Part shown: one piece after another, positions 47,379 to 57,061 of the stretch
Layout of the letters: every line of letters begins with the position of its first letter
Position numbering within the stretch: the first letter of the stretch is position 1
Origin: Candidatus Zhuqueibacterota bacterium
GTDB lineage: Bacteria > Zhuqueibacterota > Zhuqueibacteria > Residuimicrobiales > Oceaniaggregativiventaceae
Assembly (NCBI GenBank): GCA_014728115.1
Contig: WJME01000045.1
Span: 120,775-184,774, forward strand
Direction: 5' to 3'
DNA length: 64,000 bases
Notes under the pieces: generated by a model
The model's input: the letters and a program-made list of their open reading frames with translations, nothing else
Told to the model about the DNA's origin: nothing
Database searches by the model: none
Made by a program: the position numbers and the translations under genes

Positions 47379-50168
47379 TCAATTTCCAGGCATCAACACA
47401 AAGCGAGCGTACTGATCAAAATCAAAATATTGATTTACAGCAGTTTGTATATCTTGAGCGTTCAATTCTTTAATAAAATCATCAAAAGTCAAAATACCGA
47501 TTTTTTCCATTTGATGATAATCGTACAATTCCAGTGCCGATAACCAAAAGCTGTTTTCTTTCAAGGAAACCTCTCGTTGGCGTTTCTGCATCTCTGTGAC
47601 CTTTTGTATATATGTATCGTCGAGTGCATTTTTTTGCATATCTTTAATTTCATTCAAAACCGCAAGAGTCAACTCTTTAACGCGTTCGGGATCACAACCA
47701 AACTGAATATTGATTTGATACTCCGGATCAGGGTAATGCGAAGGGGTGCCACCCACAGATACTCCATACGTTCCGCCCATATCCTCCCGGATAATCTCTC
47801 TTAACCGAATTTCAAGTGCACTGATCATAGACTGAAAGAAATATCGATTTTGACGATTCCATTCAAATGAACCGGTGAAAACAAGGGTCACGCGGCTTTT
47901 CGGTTCAATGCCTCGTTCGATTACTTTATCGACTTTTCCCTGTGGAGGCTCGACTCCCACATCCCTCCAGGTTTCGTTACGATTCATTGCAGGTAAGGAG
48001 CCCAAATAAGTCATGACCATAGATCGCAGGCTGGCAGGATCAAACTTGCCAACAAAAATAAAGGTAAAATCACTCGCATCCGCGAATCTGTTTTGAAAAA
48101 TTCGAAAACTGTTCATCAAATCCATTTCTTCGAGTAGTTTCTGGCTCCATGGCCGACTGCGGAAATGGTGGTTAGCCATCGTCACCTGGATCGTATCTCC
48201 ATACACGGCTTCGGGACTGGCCCCCCGGTTTTCTATGGCTCCTTCTATTCGGGATTTGAATGCAAGAAATGCTGTACTGTCGGCGCGGGGTGCAGTGAAA
48301 TAAAGGTAAACGAGTTGAAAAAGAGTTTCCAGATCTGTTGGGGAAGCCTGGCCTGAAAAACCTTCGGTTAATTCTCGGATATAGGGAGAGACTCGAACGA
48401 TTTTCCCTGTCAACTTTTTTTCCAGCTCTGTACGGTTAAATGATCCAAGACCACTTTCACCAATCACTGCTGCAGCGGTCAAAGCCGAGATGTAAAGACT
48501 ATCTGACACCAGCGAATGCCCTCCCGGGCTATACGCAGTCATGAGCACCTGATCATTTTTAAAATCTGTAGGTTTTAAGATGACCCTCACACCATTGGAT
48601 AAGCGCCATTCTGTTACGTCCAAAGGTTCGATATACAAAGTTTGCATCAAGTCGCCAGGTTCGGGCTGCTTTTCAACCAGTTTCTCCGCCGAGATCTCGT
48701 CCTGATAGGGTTCCACATGCTTTGCTTCAACCATCTGAAACAAGTCTAAAAGGTCTGATTCAGCAGGCACAGAGATGTTCTCCTTTTCAGGTGCATTTAC
48801 AAAAACGACCCGATTGTTGTCAGAGATCCATTCCCGGGCCAATGTATTCAACTCGTCCAAAGTAATCGTCGGTAACAATTCATGGTATAATCGATACTCA
48901 AACTCAATACCGGGAATGGGTTCTGCAGTCAAAAAATGTCTGATATATTCAGAGGCATATTGTCCAGATTCGGTTTTATCTCTTTCATTATATGCCTGTT
49001 CGATGAAACGAAGTTGTTCTCGTTTTTGCCTTTCCAGTTCACTTGCCGTAAAACCGTGTTGATCTATTCGTTTGGCTTCTGTCAACAGACTTTCCAGACC
49101 CAAAGGAATGTTGTTCTCTTTTACCATAGCTGATAACAAATAGACTTCTGCTGAACGGATGAGTCGTCCTTTGGCAGAATATCCGAACAAAAAGGGAGGA
49201 TCCGCCAGGCGGACCAGTTCTTTTAACCGTTCGTTAAACATGCTATTGTAAAGGTTTTCTTTGAGCAACTCTCGATACCCTTCGATCGTGTTGATTTGAT
49301 CGGTGTCTTGTTTGTAATAAAGGGTTACACTATTGCGGGTTGCCTCTGGATCTGTCGCAATCGCAAACAAGGTAGAGTCATGATCGGGTACAGGGTAAAG
49401 CGGTCGCGGCCGGGGATTTTCAGCAGGGGCGATTCGAGAGAAATATTTTTTGATCAGACTTGACATGCCCTCCACATCAAAATCCCCTACCGCAATGACA
49501 GCCATTAGATCAGGACGATACCAATCTCGGTAAAATTTCAAAAGTGTCTCTCTCTCGAACGACTCGAGAATGCTTTTCTCTCCAATGGGAAGCCGTTTGG
49601 CATATTTTGAGTTCTTGAACAGAACAGGAAGCTGCTCATCACGCATCCGGGTCTGAGCTCCTCGACCCAGGCGCCATTCTTCAATAATCACCCCCCGTTC
49701 CTTTTCTATCTCTTCCGGTTCGAATTCGATTGCGCTTGCCCAGTTTTGTAATATTTGAATTCCCTTTTCAACTGTTGCCAAAGAATCAGTGGGGACTTGA
49801 AGCATATAGACGGTCTCGTCAAAACTCGTATAGGCGTTTAGATCCGGTCCGAATCGCATACCAATAGATTCAAGATAATCGACCAACTCATTTTTGGCAA
49901 AATCCTTGGTACCATTAAAGGCCATATGCTCGACGAAATGGGCTAAACCTTGTTGATTATTATCCTCCAAAACAGATCCGGCATTGACAACCAATCTGAG
50001 CTCTGCTCGATTTTCTGGCTTGGCATTTTGTTTTATATAATAGGTCAACCCATTTTCCAGTTTACCAAGTGTTATCGACTCATCCACCGGTAACGGACGC
50101 TGTTGGGCAAATACCAAATTGATCATGGTTATCAAAACAAGACCAGTAAAGATGCATCTCATAAACAA
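47379..50168 (-). CDS. M16-family (pitrilysin/insulinase-like) two-module zinc peptidase
   Basis: Signal peptide, inverted zinc motif 'HFVEHMAFNGT'. Confidence 0.85.
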   Translation of the reverse strand: MFMRCIFTGLVLITMINLVFAQQRPLPVDESITLGKLENGLTYYIKQNAKPENRAELRLVVNAGSVLEDNNQQGLAHFVEHMAFNGTKDFAKNELVDYLESIGMRFGPDLNAYTSFDETVYMLQVPTDSLATVEKGIQILQNWASAIEFEPEEIEKERGVIIEEWRLGRGAQTRMRDEQLPVLFKNSKYAKRLPIGEKSILESFERETLLKFYRDWYRPDLMAVIAVGDFDVEGMSSLIKKYFSRIAPAENPRPRPLYPVPDHDSTLFAIATDPEATRNSVTLYYKQDTDQINTIEGYRELLKENLYNSMFNERLKELVRLADPPFLFGYSAKGRLIRSAEVYLLSAMVKENNIPLGLESLLTEAKRIDQHGFTASELERQKREQLRFIEQAYNERDKTESGQYASEYIRHFLTAEPIPGIEFEYRLYHELLPTITLDELNTLAREWISDNNRVVFVNAPEKENISVPAESDLLDLFQMVEAKHVEPYQDEISAEKLVEKQPEPGDLMQTLYIEPLDVTEWRLSNGVRVILKPTDFKNDQVLMTAYSPGGHSLVSDSLYISALTAAAVIGESGLGSFNRTELEKKLTGKIVRVSPYIRELTEGFSGQASPTDLETLFQLVYLYFTAPRADSTAFLAFKSRIEGAIENRGASPEAVYGDTIQVTMANHHFRSRPWSQKLLEEMDLMNSFRIFQNRFADASDFTFIFVGKFDPASLRSMVMTYLGSLPAMNRNETWRDVGVEPPQGKVDKVIERGIEPKSRVTLVFTGSFEWNRQNRYFFQSMISALEIRLREIIREDMGGTYGVSVGGTPSHYPDPEYQINIQFGCDPERVKELTLAVLNEIKDMQKNALDDTYIQKVTEMQKRQREVSLKENSFWLSALELYDYHQMEKIGILTFDDFIKELNAQDIQTAVNQYFDFDQYARFVLMPGN

Positions 50169-50207
50169 TTCCTTTCATCATCTGTATTCAAATTCAACAT
50201 AATAAAT

Positions 50208-50226
50208 CATTTGAAAATTGCAAATG
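50208..50226. promoter_or_regulatory. Perfect 6-bp inverted repeat CATTTG-N7-CAAATG upstream of marR-like gene (candidate operator)
   Basis: Seen in sequence 14 nt upstream of the MarR ATG, in the 71-bp divergent spacer. Confidence 0.3.
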
Positions 50227-50239
50227 AAAAGCGTATTTT

Positions 50240-50698
50240 ATGAAAAATATCTCACTATGGTTTCGAGTGATGCTTGAACTCTATTTCCTTCTTAATCAGG
50301 CCCTAAAATCTGTTGACCGATATCTGGCACATGTTTTAAAACAGTATGATCTGACATTGCCCCAGTACCTTGTATTGCAGGCACTATATCTCAAAGATGG
50401 ACAAACGGCCACAGAACTGGTGGAGACTATTCAGTCGGACAACGCCACGTTAACCGCTATCATTGATCGCCTCGAACGCAAATTCTTTGTGCGCAGACAA
50501 TCCTCTCCCAAAGATCGGCGAAAAAAGATTATCGTTCTCACTGACAAGGCCCGTGCGATAGAACACTCGTTGAGTATTAAAGTCGAACAATTTTTCGGTC
50601 AATTGAACCAGCAACTCGACCCCAAAGAGCTCAAAGAGCTTAAAAGTGGACTGCAAAAAATAACATTTTATTTCTCAGACATTTATGAATGGCACTAG
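50240..50698 (+). CDS. MarR-family transcriptional regulator
   Basis: Winged-HTH 'LTLPQYLVLQALY...TATELVETIQSDNATLTAIIDRLE'. Confidence 0.8.
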   Translation: MKNISLWFRVMLELYFLLNQALKSVDRYLAHVLKQYDLTLPQYLVLQALYLKDGQTATELVETIQSDNATLTAIIDRLERKFFVRRQSSPKDRRKKIIVLTDKARAIEHSLSIKVEQFFGQLNQQLDPKELKELKSGLQKITFYFSDIYEWH

Positions 50699-50724
50699 AC
50701 GACTAAAAACAATCGGAGGAGACA

Positions 50725-51222
50725 ATGCACGAAAAAAGTATTGATCTGCTAAATCAAGCCCTGGCAGATGAATTGAGCGCCATCCATCAATATATGTTTT
50801 TTCATTTTCATTGTGATGACCAGGGATACGATCTCTTGGCTGCACTTTATAAAAAAACAGCGATTCAGGAAATGTTGCACGCTGAAAGACTCGCTGAACG
50901 AATTCTCTTTTTGAAAGGCGAGGTCGTAATGGAGCCAGCCCACCCGGTGGAAACCTTGCATAATGTTCAGGATATGTTAAGAATAGCTAAAAAGATGGAA
51001 GAATCAAGCGTCATGATGTATAACCGCTTTGCAAATCAGTGCAGTCAAAATGCCGACAATGTTTCTAAAAAGCTATTCGAAGACTTGGCTGCTGACGAAG
51101 AACTCCATTATGATCAGTTTGACATACAACAAGAACATTTGGAAAAATTCGGCGAACAATTTCTGGCCTTACAATCGATCGAACGCAGTAAAGGATTGGC
51201 CGGCCCTGGCACCCAGGCATAA
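50725..51222 (+). CDS. bfr: Bacterioferritin
   Basis: Ferritin-like di-iron ligands 'ELSAIHQY', 'EEMLHAERLAERILFLKG'. Confidence 0.75.
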   Translation: MHEKSIDLLNQALADELSAIHQYMFFHFHCDDQGYDLLAALYKKTAIQEMLHAERLAERILFLKGEVVMEPAHPVETLHNVQDMLRIAKKMEESSVMMYNRFANQCSQNADNVSKKLFEDLAADEELHYDQFDIQQEHLEKFGEQFLALQSIERSKGLAGPGTQA

Positions 51223-51224
51223 AC

Positions 51225-51246
51225 GGATCCTGCTTGGGCAGGATCC
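51225..51246. terminator. Hairpin ggatcctgc-ttgg-gcaggatcc between convergent bfr and thioesterase genes
   Basis: 9-bp perfect stem; no strong U-run on either side. Confidence 0.35.
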
Positions 51247-52004
51247 TAGTATTTCCATTCGGTCCGTGCCGTGGCGATCATCTGTTTTTTTTGCGGTATA
51301 GAAAGCTGATGATGATAGATCGCCGGCGAATCATCTTTGCGAACCGATTGCACCACAATGTTCTGGTCATATCTTGCCTCGGCACGGAATGCCAAATCCA
51401 TTCTTTGCAGAATATGTTTCGACTTTATAAAGTCTGGAACGCTCTCCAATATCCACTCGATCATCTTTACATTGTTGACATGCAAATTGATATCGAGATC
51501 AGAGAATCTGACCCGAAAAAGTTTTTCAAAAACAGGATCCTGGACCGTATAACGTGCTGTTTTTGACCCCTTGAAGAAAGGGAGGGGCAATCGCTCTCTC
51601 AGCCAGGTCGGCACCGGTGTGGGTTTCTTTGCCTCGATATTCACGAGCATCCATTTTGTGCTCGCCGTTGCAACCTGTGCCGCATCAGCTGTCACGAGTT
51701 CAAATTCGCGATAAGCAAAGTATCGGTCAAAACCGGTAGGCCAGGTTTTCACATGCACAGTATCATACAAACCGGGCATGGAAGATAATATGGTCACTGA
51801 TAATTCTGACAATACCCAGAAAATCCCCTGTTCCAGACACTCTTTGAATCCCACGTTCAAAGCATCTGCATGATTGCTGGCAGTCTCTTGCAAAAAATTA
51901 CACATCATAGCGACAGTTAACCGCTGATCAGCTGAAAGCTCATAAGATCGAATCTGAAAAGATCGATTATAAACAGCCAGGCTTGGTTTTGTTTTCATCG
52001 GCAT
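51246..52004 (-). CDS. Acyl-ACP thioesterase
   Basis: Double hot-dog fold, N-terminal 'YNRSFQIRSYE', 252 aa. Confidence 0.75.
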   Translation of the reverse strand: MPMKTKPSLAVYNRSFQIRSYELSADQRLTVAMMCNFLQETASNHADALNVGFKECLEQGIFWVLSELSVTILSSMPGLYDTVHVKTWPTGFDRYFAYREFELVTADAAQVATASTKWMLVNIEAKKPTPVPTWLRERLPLPFFKGSKTARYTVQDPVFEKLFRVRFSDLDINLHVNNVKMIEWILESVPDFIKSKHILQRMDLAFRAEARYDQNIVVQSVRKDDSPAIYHHQLSIPQKKQMIATARTEWKY

Positions 52005-52010
52005 CTCGTT

Positions 52011-53306
52011 TTAGGGACTAAAATAATTCAGTACACCCAGGCACAGCCAATTGGCTACAGCTTGTCTGTTGTTGGTCTCTACAAATCTCAACTGATCACG
52101 ACGGTTGCGAATGTTTCCCAATTCAATATATATGGTTGAAGGGTAAAGTCCACGCATAACATATAAATTTCGCGTAGTGACCAGGCCCCGATACCCTCTT
52201 CCAGGCTGATTTTCAGCATATTTTTGCTTGACTGTACGATACATGCTGATGGCCATATTTTTGCTCGGTTGATCATTTTTTTGATAGTAATAAAAAATAT
52301 CGATACGCTGTGTATTAGGCCGACTATCTACATGTAGCACAATGCTATATTGTTTAGCCCGTTTTCCACCGTTCTCTCGGTAGAGTTTATTTACGATAGC
52401 AACGCGTTGATCGAGTCGCTTTACATGACGCGAAGAAATTCTTTCGCCCCCAATATAGTATTCATCGCGGTCACCGCGCAAAATCCCTTCATCGCGGATA
52501 CCATCATTAGGGTCACGTACAACGACATAAACTTTGGCGCCATGCTCCAACAAACGCCTTGCAAGCCGAAGTGAAATATCATAAGCATATTCATCTTCAT
52601 GCAGTGAATAGCGTCCATAACGACCCACAGCCCCTGGATCCGGTCCCCCATGCCCACTTGTAATATAAAATATGGTGCCTTGTAATCGGCTATCCAGACG
52701 ATTTACTCGGGCATATTTGCCAAAAATGCTGAATTCTCCCAACAGAGAGGTCCCTTGAGAAGAAACCGGATCGTTTTGAGATTCAAAACGTTTGTCGAAC
52801 TGATGCTGATGAGGATAAAGCTCAAAAGGGACCCATAAATCCAGATCAGTTGTGTAATTTTGTTTTTTGATTCCGGCTTGAACCAGCGATTCATTGTATC
52901 TTTGAATCTTTTTGGCGTGCTGATAATCATTATAGTTTAACGTGGTTCGTATGCTTTGGCCATTATAGTGAAAACGATAGATCGGTAATTCATATGTGCG
53001 GCCTAACAAGAGCTCTTTGTCATAAAGTCTGTCACGGTTCAATTCTATAAAAAAATTTCTGTTTTGTAGGTCAGGGACCAGCTTGTGCCGTCTTAATATA
53101 CCATAAATTCCCTCCCCTTGTTGAGCAGAGGCTTTGACAAGCTCTTGGGAAAAGGCCAGTGAATAGAGCACAAGCCCCAAAATGAAAGCCGATTTACATA
53201 TTGAAATTCTGGGATTTTGTGGATTCCAGTTCGTAAACAGAATCGGTATGAACGCTTTGAACTGCAGATAGACTCTCATCCGTACTCCTTCCCTCGCACC
53301 ACACAT
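52011..53306 (-). CDS. N-acetylmuramoyl-L-alanine amidase (Amidase_3 C-terminal domain)
   Basis: 'ITSGHGGPDPGAVG', 'EDEYAYDISLRLA'; start uncertain (53306 or internal Met 53282). Confidence 0.75.
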   Translation of the reverse strand: MCGAREGVRMRVYLQFKAFIPILFTNWNPQNPRISICKSAFILGLVLYSLAFSQELVKASAQQGEGIYGILRRHKLVPDLQNRNFFIELNRDRLYDKELLLGRTYELPIYRFHYNGQSIRTTLNYNDYQHAKKIQRYNESLVQAGIKKQNYTTDLDLWVPFELYPHQHQFDKRFESQNDPVSSQGTSLLGEFSIFGKYARVNRLDSRLQGTIFYITSGHGGPDPGAVGRYGRYSLHEDEYAYDISLRLARRLLEHGAKVYVVVRDPNDGIRDEGILRGDRDEYYIGGERISSRHVKRLDQRVAIVNKLYRENGGKRAKQYSIVLHVDSRPNTQRIDIFYYYQKNDQPSKNMAISMYRTVKQKYAENQPGRGYRGLVTTRNLYVMRGLYPSTIYIELGNIRNRRDQLRFVETNNRQAVANWLCLGVLNYFSP

Positions 53307-53749
53307 ATAACCCGGGTTTGGTCAAAGATAAAAAAATTCCTTCAAAAATGCAGGTGATTTTTTAATGAATTATATGCAATCAATGTTATTCAAAATATAC
53401 GATCATAGCCTCATTTGCCTTTGTATTTACAAGCTTTATGTATTTCCAAAGCAAAGCTATCCGAAACAGGTCCCTTTTGATCTTTCTCTCAACATTAAAC
53501 CCAATTTAGACTCGGGTTGTGCGGTTTTAAAATGCTTTTGTGAGCTGAAATTTTTAGCAGGCTTTATTCAGGTTATCAGATAACTGATGCAATCTGCGTT
53601 ATGTTTTTGCTCTTTTATTATGTGCTGACCTCTGCGTTGATCTTTTTTGTCTATTCATGACAAGAGTGATATGAAATGACTCTGATGGGGGCAGAGTGTA
53701 ATAAATACTCTGCCACATAAAGATTCATTCGTGATATTTAACAGATATC

Positions 53750-53778
53750 TTGACAATTTTATCTATTTTTTGTAAAAT
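53750..53778 (+). promoter_or_regulatory. Sigma-70-type promoter TTGACA-17-TAAAAT for the Gfo/Idh/MocA-ABC operon
   Basis: TTGACA 53750-53755, TAAAAT 53773-53778, AAGGAGG RBS 53783-53789, ATG 53798. Confidence 0.5.
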
Positions 53779-53797
53779 AGTAAAAGGAGGAAATAAT

Positions 53798-54763
53798 ATG
53801 AAAAAATTAAACTGGGGTTTAATTGGATGTGGAGACATTTCGCAAAAACGGGTTGCACCGGCGCTCAGAGATCTCCCCGAGTGTCATCTGGTCGCTGTAA
53901 ACAGGGCCCGAACGGATTTGGCAGAATCATTTGCCCGTGAATTTGGCGCAAAGCAATGGTATGCTGACTGGCAAGATCTTCTCAACAATAAAGACATCGA
54001 TGCAGTTTATATCGCCACTCCGGTTAACCTGCATGCAGAACAAACCATTGCCGCGGCAAATGCTGGCAAACATATCCTTTGCGAAAAACCCATGGCGATG
54101 AACACACAGGAATGTGACCAAATGATTGCGGCTTGCAAAGAAAATAATGTGAAACTGAGTATTGCTTATTACCGTCATTTTTATCCGGTGATTGAACGGA
54201 TAAAAACGATCTTGAATTCTGGACAGCTTGGCACAGTCATCATGGCGACGATCAACGCATTCGAAAAATTCGATCGCAAACCAGGTGAACCTCGATACTG
54301 GTTATTGGAAAAAGAAAAATCGGGAGGAGGACCCATGATGGACTTTGGTTGCCATCGCATCGAGGTATTGGTAAATCTACTCGGTGATGTCACGGATGTC
54401 AAGTCCATCACGGATACGATCCATTATGATCGATCAGTCGAAGATACAGCCTCTGCTCTGATTAAATTCAAAGCAGGTATGCGAGGTGTATTGAATGTCA
54501 ATCACGCCATTTTCGAAAGCCAGGATACCCTGGATATCTGGGCAACAGAGGGTTCTATCCATGTTTCCACTCTCAACAAGGGAGACTTGACGATGATTAC
54601 ATCAGACGGGATCGCAACAGAATCCCATCCACCACATAAAAATGTTCACCTGCCACACATCCAGGCGTTTACCCATTCTGTTCTGAATGATACTCCCGTT
54701 CCCGTTGAGGGTAACGAAGGGAAAAAGATAACTGCTATTTTGGATTTGATATACAATAGGTAG
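53798..54763 (+). CDS. Gfo/Idh/MocA-family NAD(P)-dependent oxidoreductase
   Basis: Rossmann 'LNWGLIGCGDIS', 'EKPMA'; the track start (TTG 53750) lies inside the promoter, so it was corrected to ATG 53798. Confidence 0.8.
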   Translation: MKKLNWGLIGCGDISQKRVAPALRDLPECHLVAVNRARTDLAESFAREFGAKQWYADWQDLLNNKDIDAVYIATPVNLHAEQTIAAANAGKHILCEKPMAMNTQECDQMIAACKENNVKLSIAYYRHFYPVIERIKTILNSGQLGTVIMATINAFEKFDRKPGEPRYWLLEKEKSGGGPMMDFGCHRIEVLVNLLGDVTDVKSITDTIHYDRSVEDTASALIKFKAGMRGVLNVNHAIFESQDTLDIWATEGSIHVSTLNKGDLTMITSDGIATESHPPHKNVHLPHIQAFTHSVLNDTPVPVEGNEGKKITAILDLIYNR

Positions 54764-54814
54764 AAAAGGGCACTCAATAGTGACTTTGACTGCTATGACA
54801 AAAGGGAGAACACA

Positions 54815-55723
54815 GTGAAAGTACTCGAACTGAATCAGGTTTGCAAATCATATGAAAACGTTCATGCAGTCAAAAATCTGACGTTATCGATTGAAAAGGG
54901 ATCTGTCTTTGGATTATTAGGCCCTAACGGCGCAGGAAAAACCTCGGCCATCCGAATGATCATGGGAATTATCCACCCTGATAGCGGTTCCATCCTGAGA
55001 TTTGGTCAGTCGTCAATAAGAGATCAAACAGATCGGATCGGCTATTTACCCGAAGAACGCGGACTTTACCCCAAGATGAAAGTCATGGATACGATTCTCT
55101 TTTTCGCAGAAATTAAAAATCAAAACCGGCAACAATCAGAAAAAAGTGCTGATTCGTGGCTGAAACGTTTGGAGCTCGAAGAATGGAAAGATAAAAAAGT
55201 AGAATCATTGTCAAGGGGGATGCAACAGAAATTACAGTTTATATGTACGATTATTCATAATCCCGAATTGATAATCCTGGATGAGCCCTTTACAGGCTTG
55301 GATCCCGTCAATACCTCTCTGATCAAAGATGTCATTCTCGATTTGCAGCGAGGAGGAACAACTATCATCTTTTCTACCCATCTCATGGAACAAGTGGAAA
55401 AGTTGTGCAAAGAAATCTGCTTGATCGACAAAGGAGAAGCGGTTTTAAAAGGTAAATTGTCTGAAATTAAAAGACAGTCAGGCAAAAATCGAATCAAATT
55501 GAGCTATGATGGAGAGGCTCGATTTTTAAACGATCCAAAGTTGGTAAAGAATTATGACAATTTTGGTCAATATGTTGAAATCGATCCCGCGCAGGGTATT
55601 CGTCCACAGCAAATTTTGGCCAAAGCCATTGAACAGGTAGAAATCACTTTATTTGAAATTGCAGATCCCTCATTAAATGAAATCTTTATTACCAGTGTCA
55701 AAAAAACCAGGAGTGTGCAGTGA
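54815..55723 (+). CDS. ABC transporter ATP-binding protein (GTG start)
   Basis: Walker A 'GPNGAGKTS', signature 'LSRGMQQK', Walker B 'ILDEP'. Confidence 0.85.
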   Translation: MKVLELNQVCKSYENVHAVKNLTLSIEKGSVFGLLGPNGAGKTSAIRMIMGIIHPDSGSILRFGQSSIRDQTDRIGYLPEERGLYPKMKVMDTILFFAEIKNQNRQQSEKSADSWLKRLELEEWKDKKVESLSRGMQQKLQFICTIIHNPELIILDEPFTGLDPVNTSLIKDVILDLQRGGTTIIFSTHLMEQVEKLCKEICLIDKGEAVLKGKLSEIKRQSGKNRIKLSYDGEARFLNDPKLVKNYDNFGQYVEIDPAQGIRPQQILAKAIEQVEITLFEIADPSLNEIFITSVKKTRSVQ

Positions 55724-57000
55724 AAAAGACGATAGCGATCATCAAACGAGAATTCCTGACACGAGTAAAAACCAAGGGATTTGTGATTGGCACTTTGTTA
55801 TTACCTGTTTTTATTCTTTTTGTTACCTTTGCCCCGGCATTGCTAACACAGGTAAACAAGGAATCCACTCGAACCATCGCTGTGATTGATTTTTCTGATC
55901 AACTCTATGCTCCGCTGCAGGAAAAACTCGAAACCCGCAAACAGGGAGAGAACGCTTCTTTTCATCTGGAAAATGTGATCACAACCCAGGAAAATTTAAT
56001 AGAAACCAAGGAAAATTTATCACAGCGAGTCAAGAAAAAAGATCTGGATGCGTTTATTGTTATACCGCAAAACATTTTTAAAGAAAACTCTTTTGAGCTT
56101 TACGCCAAAAATGTGAGCAACATATCTTTGAACGAAACTCTGAAAGGTACGCTTTCAAACCTCGTCATTCAAATGCGCTTGCAAAAAAGCGGACTGGATC
56201 CCCAAAAAATTAATGAACTGAACAGACGCGTCGACATGCAAACCTTCAAAGTGGATGAAAAGGGAAGCAAAAAAGAAAGCGGCATTCTGACGTTTGCGAT
56301 CTCTTATATTTTGGTTTTCACCTTGTATTTGGCCCTCATTTTTTACGGTTCATTCGTCATGAGAGGCGTTATCGAAGATAAAAATACACGCGTCAACGAG
56401 ATGGTTATTTCATCTGTACGGCCGACACAATTGATGACTGGAAAAATCATCGGAATTGGGGCTGCAGGCCTGGCTCAATTTATTATCTGGGCGCTTTTTA
56501 CCGCACTGATCACGACTTATGGTCTCCTGGTGGTAAAACAGATGGCTCCGGAAATTGAAAAACTGGGAATCCCTTCCGTTTCAGCAAGTGTATATATCAT
56601 TTTTGTGGTCTATTTTATTCTCGGTTATTTTATGTATGCTTCACTGTTTGCTGCTCTGGGGAGTTTGGTGAATTCAGAGAGTGAAGCACAGAGTATGCAA
56701 TGGCCGTTGATTATGCCGATATTGATCAGTTTTATGTTTATTTTTCCTACCATAAACAATCCGGATAGTCCTTTGTCGGTTACCATGTCACTGATCCCGT
56801 TATTTTCGCCCATCTTGATGTTTCTAAGGTATTCTGTGGGAGAAGCCCCGATGCATCAAGTGGGGCTCAGTTTTATTCTCATGATTATCACAACATGGCT
56901 TTTTATATGGCTTACAGGAAAGATTTTTCGGATAGGAATCCTGATGTATGGCAAAAGACCGACCATGCCTCAGATCATCAAATGGATTCGACACTCTTGA
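55720..57000 (+). CDS. ABC-2 family transporter permease
   Basis: N-terminal TM, large extracytoplasmic loop, five C-terminal TM helices; overlaps the ATPase stop by 4 nt. Confidence 0.75.
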   Translation: MKKTIAIIKREFLTRVKTKGFVIGTLLLPVFILFVTFAPALLTQVNKESTRTIAVIDFSDQLYAPLQEKLETRKQGENASFHLENVITTQENLIETKENLSQRVKKKDLDAFIVIPQNIFKENSFELYAKNVSNISLNETLKGTLSNLVIQMRLQKSGLDPQKINELNRRVDMQTFKVDEKGSKKESGILTFAISYILVFTLYLALIFYGSFVMRGVIEDKNTRVNEMVISSVRPTQLMTGKIIGIGAAGLAQFIIWALFTALITTYGLLVVKQMAPEIEKLGIPSVSASVYIIFVVYFILGYFMYASLFAALGSLVNSESEAQSMQWPLIMPILISFMFIFPTINNPDSPLSVTMSLIPLFSPILMFLRYSVGEAPMHQVGLSFILMIITTWLFIWLTGKIFRIGILMYGKRPTMPQIIKWIRHS

Positions 57001-57061
57001 GTTTCGTCGACTGTTCCCGTTCTATGATCGCCTGCACCTGGTTATGCGACTGTGCTTTACC

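Noticed and set aside
53750-53797. Track start of the Gfo/Idh/MocA ORF at TTG 53750
   Set aside because: That TTG is the first base of a consensus -35 hexamer. The RBS-supported ATG is at 53798.
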